Part shown: positions 8,282 through 15,527 of the stretch, piece after piece
Layout of the letters: every line of letters begins with the position of its first letter
How positions within the stretch are numbered: the stretch's first letter is position 1
NCBI GenBank assembly: GCA_043809425.1
Contig: JAZDDV010000070.1
Coordinates: forward strand, 1-54,029
From: Candidatus Micrarchaeota archaeon
GTDB lineage: Archaea; Micrarchaeota; Micrarchaeia; Anstonellales; Bilamarchaeaceae
Reading direction: 5' to 3'
Length of the DNA: 54,029 nt
Notes under the pieces: generated by a model
The model's input: the letters and a program-made list of their open reading frames with translations, nothing else
What the model was told of the DNA's origin: nothing
Databases searched by the model: none
Made by a program: the position numbers and the translations under genes

Positions 8282-8777
8282 TTCCGCGCCTCCGTTTAAT
8301 TCTGCAGAAGCGACCTGTGGCGAGGTCTTTCTTGACATTGTTCCATTGAAAAATCTCGCCGTTAATAATAATATATACCCCGGAAGATAAGGATTGAACC
8401 GCGGTGAATGCACTACCCAAATTAAACATCGCATCACTTTTATTTCTGCTAAAGGGAATCGCAGACCCGGTAATAACAATTACTTTATCGTGTATTTTTT
8501 TACCCAGATAACGAGCCGTATCTGGCATCGTAAACGTTCCGTGGGTAATTATGATTTGGTTTTCTGCACAGTCGCGACATTTTTTCAATATAAGAGCACG
8601 ATCAGTATCATTAATCTCGCGACTATCTTTTTTCATTAAAATTTCCACGCTTGGTTTAATACCATTGTTTATTCTTGCTTGTGCTAGCATCTGGCGGTTA
8701 TATGTTTTGCGGGGTGTTTTACTCCTTAGATTAATGCCATCAATAGTTCCGCCAGTTACAAAAATCCTAATTTTCAT
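8274..8777 (-). CDS. Asparaginase N-terminal-domain-like protein (167 aa, lacks C-terminal domain)
   Basis: MKIRIFVTGGTIDG (TGGT nucleophile motif) and IIITHGTFTMPDTA (compare canonical ITHGTDTMEETA). ATG 8777 lies 1 nt after the Memo stop, and the 3' end overlaps the AMMECR1 start by 8 nt. Confidence 0.6.
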   Translation of the reverse strand: MKIRIFVTGGTIDGINLRSKTPRKTYNRQMLAQARINNGIKPSVEILMKKDSREINDTDRALILKKCRDCAENQIIITHGTFTMPDTARYLGKKIHDKVIVITGSAIPFSRNKSDAMFNLGSAFTAVQSLSSGVYIIINGEIFQWNNVKKDLATGRFCRIKRRRGNV

Positions 8778-8778
8778 G

Positions 8779-9558
8779 TTAACCCTCGTAAAAAGCATAG
8801 CAGCCATAGCCCACTACACTATCCTTGGAACCGGCCGTGTCACCTGAGTTACGATAATCAAGCTGCACTCCTTTCCAACTTAATGTTTTCGCAATATACA
8901 TAGCAGTAACTATTCCGGTTTGGCCGCAGGCGTCTATGTACGGCGCTTTCTTGAAATCAAGCTTTGGAATGGTGTCATTTGCAACTTTATCTATTTTGAC
9001 AGCCTGCTCGTAGGGATGATAATGCGACAGGTCAGAACTGATAAGCAATAATGTATCTTTATCTAGAGCAGACTGCAGAGCATCGGCAAGCAAAGCCGGT
9101 GAAACTTCTCCAGTTAGCAATGGGTAAAAAATAAAATTTTCACCAAGAGTAAGCTGCAAAAACGGCAACTGCACTTCAAGGCAGTGCTCTGGCTGATGCG
9201 CCTGTGGAAAGCAGTTGATCATGCCTGGCTTGGTAAATTTTGAAATTCTTCCTGTGATTACATTGCCTAGCGGCGTTTGCCAGACATCGCTATCGTCTTC
9301 AGTCGCACCGGGAAACGCAACATAGTGTGATGGACCGATAGCAATGACTTTCTTAAAATCTCCGGCCTTGAGAAGTTTGTAGCCGTAGGCAGCAACAGGG
9401 CCTGAGTAGACATAGCCGGCATGCGGCACGATTAATGCGCGTAGTTTTTTCACTTTTTTAGGTTTTGCGCTAGCGAGAAAGACAGCAATCATTTTCCTGA
9501 GTTCTTCTGGATCATCCGGATAAAAAGAGCCTGCGACTGCGGGAAGCCGAATTTTCAT
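8779..9558 (-). CDS. Memo-like protein (AmmeMemoRadiSam system protein B-like)
   Basis: VAGSFYP, VPHAGYVYSG, EHCLEVQLPF and SSDLSHY motifs. Confidence 0.85.
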   Translation of the reverse strand: MKIRLPAVAGSFYPDDPEELRKMIAVFLASAKPKKVKKLRALIVPHAGYVYSGPVAAYGYKLLKAGDFKKVIAIGPSHYVAFPGATEDDSDVWQTPLGNVITGRISKFTKPGMINCFPQAHQPEHCLEVQLPFLQLTLGENFIFYPLLTGEVSPALLADALQSALDKDTLLLISSDLSHYHPYEQAVKIDKVANDTIPKLDFKKAPYIDACGQTGIVTAMYIAKTLSWKGVQLDYRNSGDTAGSKDSVVGYGCYAFYEG

Positions 9559-9592
9559 GAATAGCTAACGACAAACAAATTTAAAAAAACAG

Positions 9593-10111
9593 CTATTGGA
9601 TTTCCTTGACTACTTTTGTGATTGGTTGCCTTTCCCTAATGGATGGACTTTCTGCCGGGTAGCCAATGGGTATTAGAGCAACGGGAATGTGGTAAGGCGG
9701 CAAATCAATTATTCTTGAAACCTCAAGTGAATCAAAGGAACCTATCCACACGCTGGCCAGGCCTTCTGCTGTTGCCGCAAGCTGGGCATAGGCTGCTGCG
9801 ATTGTCGCATCCTGGATAGAATATAGCTCAAAACCGCGCTCCTTGTACTTGGTTGAAGCTTTTTTCTGATTAGCACAGAAGATTAGGACAAATGCCGCCT
9901 GCTCTAGGCATTCCTGCCCGTCTGCGGCGATGGCAAGCGACTCTTTCACTGACGGACTTCTTGTGACAAATATTTTGTACGATTGTAGATTACCGGCAGA
10001 AGGCGCCAGTATGCATGCTGCCAGTATTTTCTCTATCACTTCCTTTTCCACAGTCTTTTCCTGAAAAGAACGTATCGAATGCCGCTGTTTCAAAACAGAG
10101 TAAAAGTCCAT
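9593..10111 (-). CDS. Nitroreductase family protein
   Basis: LKQRHSIRSFQ and APSAGNLQ motifs; about 170 aa. Confidence 0.8.
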   Translation of the reverse strand: MDFYSVLKQRHSIRSFQEKTVEKEVIEKILAACILAPSAGNLQSYKIFVTRSPSVKESLAIAADGQECLEQAAFVLIFCANQKKASTKYKERGFELYSIQDATIAAAYAQLAATAEGLASVWIGSFDSLEVSRIIDLPPYHIPVALIPIGYPAESPSIRERQPITKVVKEIQ

Positions 10112-10138
10112 GAGCCAAATGCTGTAGAGAATTATAAA

Positions 10139-10657
10139 TTACTTTGCTTTTTCAGAAAGATCCGAATGAAGCGCATCAAAGATGGCTGGCACAAGAACAA
10201 CTTTTCTTATCTTGCCGTTTGCCTGTACTGTCAGGACACCTGCTTTTTCAAGCCTAGTTATTGCCCTATAGGCTTTGAGCCGACTCATACCTTCAACACG
10301 GCCGATTTCAGACTGATAGGCCGCGCCATTGCTCTTAACCAGATATTCTATTGCTTTTCGTTCATCTGACTTAAGAAAACTAAGGAGCAAACCGGCAGTT
10401 ATTTTTGATTCCTTCTCTTTTGTTTCTACTTTTTCCTGCATTAGATAGAAAACTGCCGCACCCACGGCGACGCCAAGTAAAGTAGTACCGATCATGAATT
10501 CCATATGGTAGCTGATAAGAGGTACCAGAACGGCAGGCACCTGGTTACCGAACAGCGGCTGATAGGAAATCAGCAGCAGAAAAATAAGAAATATGAAACT
10601 GGATATCAGCGTAGTCGCCAATGCCACCCGTTTATTGATATTCATGGTCCTGATCAC
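10139..10657 (-). CDS. Membrane-anchored winged-helix transcriptional regulator (two N-terminal TM helices plus C-terminal wHTH, COG2512-like)
   Basis: Hydrophobic helices LATTLISSFIFLIFLLLI and GTTLLGVAVGAAVFYL. C-terminal ERKAIEYLVKSNGAAYQSEIGRVEGMSRLKAYRAITRLEKAGVL. Start is GTG 10657 or ATG 10645. Confidence 0.6.
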   Translation of the reverse strand: MIRTMNINKRVALATTLISSFIFLIFLLLISYQPLFGNQVPAVLVPLISYHMEFMIGTTLLGVAVGAAVFYLMQEKVETKEKESKITAGLLLSFLKSDERKAIEYLVKSNGAAYQSEIGRVEGMSRLKAYRAITRLEKAGVLTVQANGKIRKVVLVPAIFDALHSDLSEKAK

Positions 10658-10702
10658 CTACTTAGAGGTTATTTCACAGAAGGTTTTTATATCATTTCAA
10701 AA

Positions 10703-10747
10703 TCTGAAACACTGGTTTCGGGAATAAATTAGTATTGTTTCAGAAAC
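10703..10747. promoter_or_regulatory. Candidate operator pair flanking the TATA-like AATAAATT (10723-10730) of the copper operon
   Basis: GAAAC-N4-GTTTC at 10706-10719 and GTTTC-N1-GAAAC at 10737-10747. A 9-bp inverted repeat TCTGAAACA / TGTTTCAGA lies at 10703-10711 and 10736-10744. Confidence 0.35.
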
Positions 10748-10760
10748 AAGAGCAGTAGCA

Positions 10761-11315
10761 ATGGCAGCGGTTTTGCCATACAAAGGTGATGTTTTGGAAA
10801 ATGATTTTGGAAAAAAGGAAACCGAAAGGCAAAGTGGCCGGGTAAGCATATGGCTTATCGGATTTGTAATATTGTTGATTGCAGCTGGCTTCGTATTGGC
10901 ACAGCCATTACTAGCTGGCTTTCTCGAAGGTGGCACTGCCAATCCGCAAACAGTGATAAATTCAACAACACCTGCGCAAGCACTTGCGGCACAACCGCCG
11001 TCACAGCCAAAGCAGGATGTGGCAGCGCCAACCATACCAGTAAGCTACCAGGAAGTTACGGTGCGGGCGCTTAGCACTGGGAGCTATGACAAAGAGCAGG
11101 TAACTGTAAGAAAGGGCACTCCTGTGCGGTTTACATTCTCTGCTGAACAGAATGCAGGCTGCGGAAGAGCGCTTTACATACCGGCATTTAACGTGAAACT
11201 GGTTTCAATCAACGGAGAAGCACAAAACGCAGTGTTCACGCCTACTGAAGTCGGTACATACGCCTATCGCTGCGGCATGAACATGTTCCGTGGCGTGTTA
11301 GTAGTTACTGATTAG
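10761..11315 (+). CDS. Membrane-anchored cupredoxin-like domain protein
   Basis: N-terminal TM helix (IWLIGFVILLIAAGFVLA) and a Pro/Gln linker. The C-terminal beta domain carries AGCG ... YRCGMNMFRG (Cys/Met ligand-like motif). Confidence 0.55.
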   Translation: MAAVLPYKGDVLENDFGKKETERQSGRVSIWLIGFVILLIAAGFVLAQPLLAGFLEGGTANPQTVINSTTPAQALAAQPPSQPKQDVAAPTIPVSYQEVTVRALSTGSYDKEQVTVRKGTPVRFTFSAEQNAGCGRALYIPAFNVKLVSINGEAQNAVFTPTEVGTYAYRCGMNMFRGVLVVTD

Positions 11316-11325
11316 AGGTGATTAT

Positions 11326-11514
11326 ATGAGAGAAAAAGATTGCCCAGTTTGTGAAGACCCGATATTCGTGACTGCCAAGGCAACGAAAGTGTGCGAAACT
11401 TGTAGTATGGGGATCGCAAGCCCAGCTGCGGTGCACTTCCTGAAAATTGGCAGCGAGAAGAAGTACTTCTGCAAAAAGAAATGCCTTGTTGCTTTTAAGA
11501 AAGCGAACTTTTGA
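11326..11514 (+). CDS. TRASH-domain small metal-binding protein (CopM-like)
   Basis: CETC-x22-CKKKC fits the TRASH pattern C-x2-C-x19-22-C-x3-C. There is an additional CPVC. SD-like GAGGTGA lies at 11315-11321. Confidence 0.6.
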   Translation: MREKDCPVCEDPIFVTAKATKVCETCSMGIASPAAVHFLKIGSEKKYFCKKKCLVAFKKANF

Positions 11515-11523
11515 GGTGATGCT

Positions 11524-11727
11524 ATGGACAAAATAATCAAAGTGAAAGGAATGCACTGTAAAAGCTGCGCTGCAGTTCTTACCGGAAGTATATCTGAGAT
11601 CCCAGGAGTAACAAATGTAAAAGTAGACTATAAAGAAGGTAAAGTAACTGTTAGTATTGCAAGCGAGGCTATTACACAAAAAATAATTGAAATTATCAAA
11701 AACGAAGGCTACGCGCCAGAGGGATAA
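11524..11727 (+). CDS. copZ: Heavy-metal-associated (HMA) copper chaperone
   Basis: GMHCKSCAAVL (MxCxxC) within a 67-aa ferredoxin-like protein. SD-like GAGGTGA lies at 11513-11519. Confidence 0.8.
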   Translation: MDKIIKVKGMHCKSCAAVLTGSISEIPGVTNVKVDYKEGKVTVSIASEAITQKIIEIIKNEGYAPEG

Positions 11728-11728
11728 A

Positions 11729-12484
11729 ATGAGTGAATGCTTAACGTGTGAAAACGCACCGCCGGGCTCAACCGTGCGGGTGAAAACTGCAGTGCAAGGA
11801 ATAATACGAAAAGAACCGGCACTTCTAGTAGAGCGAAAGCTGGTTATTTATGCGGTCACAGCACTTTTACTGCTTAGCCTACTTCAAATCGTAGCGTATG
11901 CGTTGTTTTTCAAGTCTGTACCGAATTTTCTTGCTAACTACGCGCCGCTGGCAGCACTAATAGTTGTTACTGCAGTGGCGACAGCCACGGGAATTTTTCA
12001 CTTCAAGTCGTTTAAGCAGAATTTCTCCTGCATGGCAGGTATGATGATAGGCATGACGATGGGCATGCTTACCGGGTTCATGGTTGGCGCGATAATAGGT
12101 GCCACCAATGGCATGTTTATCGGCAGTATCGCTGGCATGGCTACTGGCATGTTAATTGGCGCCTGGACAGGTAAATGCTGCGGTATAATGGGATTTATGG
12201 AGGGTTTAATGGCAGGTGTAATGGGCGGAACCATGGGCGCCATGCTCTCGGTTATGATGCTCAATGACAATTTACTGCTTTTCCTGTACATATTCTTCGG
12301 TTCCTGCGTTCTGATACAGGCCGGCCTAGGTTATATGATGTACAAAGAAGAAGGTGAAAACAGGAAAGGAGCTGAAAGTGAATTATCTTTTATGCCTTTC
12401 TTCGGAATTACCGTTATGCTAACCGCATTGCTGATGTGGCTCATACTCTATGGCCCAAAGGCAACGATTGTGTGGGGTGTCTGA
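11729..12484 (+). CDS. Met/Gly-rich polytopic membrane protein with N-terminal CxxC (unknown function, copper operon)
   Basis: MSECLTCENAPPG at the N-terminus. Several TM helices. A 77-residue stretch (12032-12262) has 18 Met and 13 Gly at exact 4-residue spacing. ATG 11729 avoids the overlap with copZ that the track start 11687 implies. Confidence 0.6.
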   Translation: MSECLTCENAPPGSTVRVKTAVQGIIRKEPALLVERKLVIYAVTALLLLSLLQIVAYALFFKSVPNFLANYAPLAALIVVTAVATATGIFHFKSFKQNFSCMAGMMIGMTMGMLTGFMVGAIIGATNGMFIGSIAGMATGMLIGAWTGKCCGIMGFMEGLMAGVMGGTMGAMLSVMMLNDNLLLFLYIFFGSCVLIQAGLGYMMYKEEGENRKGAESELSFMPFFGITVMLTALLMWLILYGPKATIVWGV

Positions 12485-14758
12485 ATGGTCCGGCCAAAAA
12501 CGAAAACAAACAAAATGGAAGGTGAAAAGGCACTGCTCCAGATTGAAGGTATGGATTGCGCTGCCTGCGCAATCAATATAGAGCGCAATATTAGAAAAAT
12601 GCCTGGCGTAAAAGAAGCGAATGTAAGTTATGCGACTTCAAAGGCGTTCGTCATCTATGAGCCGGGTTCGCTTGTCAGAGAAGATATAGAGAAGAAAATA
12701 GAGGCGTTGGGCTTTGCGGTTTACAAAGAAAAAAGAGCAGAAGAAACTGGAACTAAAGTAACGCGGCAGGAAGACGCCCATGATCATGAAAAAATGCTGC
12801 GTGACGCAGAGCTCCAAGCGCTCAAAATGCGGTTATTGGTAGCTGCCGTATTCACACTACCCGTTGTACTACTGGCATTTCAGGACATGCTTGGTGTAAA
12901 GTACCCGGACATCGTCGCAGCCAACAGTGCGTTGGCATCTTTTGTCTTCACAACGATTGTGCTTATCGCAGGCTCTCAGTTTTTCAGCCGCGGCATACGC
13001 GGTATGATCAATCTTATGCCTTCCATGGACTCGCTGGTCGCACTTGGTGTTGGAGCTGCCTACTTATACAGCGTAGCAGTCACGTTCTTTGGTTTGCAAG
13101 GCTACATGTACTATGAAACCGCCGCGCTGCTGCTCACATTCATACTTTTCGGCAAATACCTGGAAGCAGTTGCCAAAGGCCGAACTTCAGAGGCAATAAA
13201 AAAACTGATAGGTTTGCAGCCGAAGACAGCAATTGTTGTTAGGGAGGGCGCTGAAATCGAGGTACCTATTGAAGATGTAGTTGTGGGTGACATCCTGGTG
13301 ATAAAACCAGGCAGCAAAATACCTGTCGACGGCATAGTAATTGATGGCGAATCTTATGTTGATGAAGCAATGGTAACCGGAGAGCCAATTCCGGCAGCGA
13401 AACGGAAGGGCGCAACAGTTATCGGGGCAACAATAAACAAAATCGGAAGCTTTAGAATGCGCGCAGAAAAAGTCGGCCAGAATACCATGCTAGCGCAGAT
13501 TATCAAGCTTGTTGAAGAGGCCCAATCATCCAAGGCACCGATACAGAAATTGGCAGACGTTGTTTCAGCCTATTTTGTGCCGGCCGTATTCATTCTTGCC
13601 GTGGCTGCATTCAGCTACTGGTATTTTCTGGCCGGGCAGGGTTTTGTTTTCGCATTAACCGCATTCATAGCCACGCTGATTATTGCCTGTCCATGTGCAC
13701 TTGGCCTGGCAACGCCGACAGCAATAATGATGGGTACTGGCAAGGGCGCTGAAGCAGGCATATTGATAAAAAATGCAGAAGCGCTTGAAACCGCTGAAAA
13801 AATCAACATGGTAGTTTTTGATAAGACCGGCACGCTGACAAAAGGCAAGCCAGATGTCACCGATGTGATTGCGGAAAAAGATATGCATGCGGATGACGTG
13901 CTTGTGATGGCTGCCATAGCGGAAAGGCGCTCTGAGCACCCGCTTGCTGAAGCAGTTGTCAAATATGCGCTTGCCAAGGGCTTGAAGGTGCCTGAACCGG
14001 ATAAATTCGTTTCCATTACCGGTAAGGGAGTAGCTGCAACATACCGCAAGAGCGCCATACTCGTCGGAAACCAGAGACTGATGGAAAGTGAAAAAATAGC
14101 AATGCGCAAATGGCGGCAGCAGATAGAAAGCCTGGAAAACGAAGGCAAAACAACGGTGGTCGTTGCCTATCACGGCCATGTTCTTGGCATAATGGCCATA
14201 GCAGACAAAATAAAGGAAAATTCAAATGAAGCAGTAAAGCAATTGCACGCTGCCGGAATCGAAACTTCTATGATAACCGGCGATAACGAACGAACTGCAC
14301 GCGCAATAGCCAAACAAGCAGGCATAGAAACTGTATTTGCAAATGTGCTACCTGCAGATAAGGAAAAACAGGTACGGGCGTTGCAGGCAAAAGGAAAGAA
14401 AGTCGCATTTGTAGGCGATGGCATCAATGACGCACCGGCGCTTGCAGCAGCTGACCTGGGAATCGCGCTGGGCAGCGGAACAGACGTGGCAATAGAGAGT
14501 GGAGAAATTGTACTGGTAAAGGATGATTTACGTGATGTGCCGCGGGCAATTAGATTAAGCAGATACACAATGAACAAAATCAAGCAGAACCTGTTCTGGG
14601 CTTTTGTCTATAATGTTGTCGGCATCCCCATTGCCATGGGAATTCTTTATCCATTCTACGGATTTATGCTTAACCCAATCATCGCCGGCGCGGCTATGGC
14701 TTTCAGCTCGATTTCCGTAGTGACTAATTCACTCACCATGCGCTGGCTAAAGCCATAG
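12485..14758 (+). CDS. copA: Copper-translocating P1B-type ATPase
   Basis: N-terminal HMA domain (GMDCAACAINIE), TM CPC motif (IACPCALGLATP), DKTGTLT, TGDN and GDGINDAP. Confidence 0.95.
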   Translation: MVRPKTKTNKMEGEKALLQIEGMDCAACAINIERNIRKMPGVKEANVSYATSKAFVIYEPGSLVREDIEKKIEALGFAVYKEKRAEETGTKVTRQEDAHDHEKMLRDAELQALKMRLLVAAVFTLPVVLLAFQDMLGVKYPDIVAANSALASFVFTTIVLIAGSQFFSRGIRGMINLMPSMDSLVALGVGAAYLYSVAVTFFGLQGYMYYETAALLLTFILFGKYLEAVAKGRTSEAIKKLIGLQPKTAIVVREGAEIEVPIEDVVVGDILVIKPGSKIPVDGIVIDGESYVDEAMVTGEPIPAAKRKGATVIGATINKIGSFRMRAEKVGQNTMLAQIIKLVEEAQSSKAPIQKLADVVSAYFVPAVFILAVAAFSYWYFLAGQGFVFALTAFIATLIIACPCALGLATPTAIMMGTGKGAEAGILIKNAEALETAEKINMVVFDKTGTLTKGKPDVTDVIAEKDMHADDVLVMAAIAERRSEHPLAEAVVKYALAKGLKVPEPDKFVSITGKGVAATYRKSAILVGNQRLMESEKIAMRKWRQQIESLENEGKTTVVVAYHGHVLGIMAIADKIKENSNEAVKQLHAAGIETSMITGDNERTARAIAKQAGIETVFANVLPADKEKQVRALQAKGKKVAFVGDGINDAPALAAADLGIALGSGTDVAIESGEIVLVKDDLRDVPRAIRLSRYTMNKIKQNLFWAFVYNVVGIPIAMGILYPFYGFMLNPIIAGAAMAFSSISVVTNSLTMRWLKP

Positions 14759-14768
14759 GCACAAAAAA

Positions 14769-14840
14769 TGGACTGAAGGGGATTTGAACCCCCGGCCTCT
14801 CGCACGCCAAGCGAGCGATCTACCGCTGATCTACCAGCCC
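14769..14840 (-). tRNA. tRNA-Ala (anticodon GGC), 72 nt, no intron, CCA not encoded
   Basis: Reverse complement is GGGCTGGTAGATCAGCGGTAGATCGCTCGCTTGGCGTGCGAGAGGCCGGGGGTTCAAATCCCCTTCAGTCCA. It folds as a cloverleaf with a 7-bp acceptor stem, G3:U70 Ala identity pair, anticodon loop TTGGCGT and T-loop TTCAAAT. An oligo-T run follows on the minus strand (14762-14768). Confidence 0.93.
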
Positions 14841-14867
14841 GAAGTATGAGACAAATGTAGGAAAATG

Positions 14868-14876
14868 TTTATTAAA
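14868..14876. promoter_or_regulatory. Shared TATA-like element TTTATTAAA between tRNA-Ala (-) and acdB (+)
   Basis: Its centre is about 31 nt from the tRNA 5' end (14840) and about 26 nt from ATG 14898. The identical 9-mer recurs at 51637-51645. Confidence 0.45.
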
Positions 14877-14897
14877 CTACTATAAGAATGTAGGGTA

Positions 14898-15527
14898 ATG
14901 ACGCTGGTTGATGATTTCAAATTATTGGAGAAAAACGGCTACAGGCTTCTGCCATACGGTCTTGCCAAAAGCGAGGCTGACGCGCTGGCGCTGGCAAAAA
15001 AATTCGGCTACCCGATTGCTATGAAGATCGTTTCGCCTGCTATCATACATAAAACAGATGTTGGTGGAGTGAAACTTGGGATAAGAAACGACGAAGTTCT
15101 CAGGCACCACTATAATGAACTGACTGCGAGCGCAAGCGGTAAGAAAGTAGATGGCGTGCTAGTGCAGAAAATGGCCCGCCGGGGCGTGGAGCTTATTATC
15201 GGTGGTGTCTACGACCAGCAATTCGGCCATATGATAATTCTCGGCTTTGGCGGCGTCTACGTGGAAGTCTTCAAGGATATTACGGCACGTATCTGTCCGA
15301 TTACAAATGATGATGTAAAAGAGATGGTGATGGAACTAAAGGCGCACCCGATTCTGTTGGGCGCCAGGGGCAAAAAGGCGATCAACATCGATGGCCTTGA
15401 GAGCTTGATGGTCAAGACCTGTAAATTCATGGTGAAAGAGCAGATAAGGGAGATCGATCTAAACCCAGTTATTTTCGACGAGCGCGGCTATGATATTGTG
15501 GATGCACGATTCAGGTTGATGAAATGA
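14898..15527 (+). CDS. acdB: ADP-forming acetyl/acyl-CoA synthetase, beta subunit (ATP-grasp)
   Basis: GYPIAMKIVSPAIIHKTDVGGVKLG and DLNPV motifs. ATGA overlap with the alpha subunit. Confidence 0.8.
   Translation: MTLVDDFKLLEKNGYRLLPYGLAKSEADALALAKKFGYPIAMKIVSPAIIHKTDVGGVKLGIRNDEVLRHHYNELTASASGKKVDGVLVQKMARRGVELIIGGVYDQQFGHMIILGFGGVYVEVFKDITARICPITNDDVKEMVMELKAHPILLGARGKKAINIDGLESLMVKTCKFMVKEQIREIDLNPVIFDERGYDIVDARFRLMK

Noticed and set aside
8282-8479. N-terminal extensions implied by the ORF-track starts: AMMECR1 to 8479, the serA-like gene to 49915, xpd to 51803, the coiled-coil gene from 46752, the Met/Gly protein from 11687, ksgA from 6993 and proB from 32170.
   Set aside because: The extensions would overlap neighbouring genes or sit on top of the TATA-like boxes. 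Family N-termini and the promoter spacing favour the downstream starts. This remains unproven without TSS or proteomic data.
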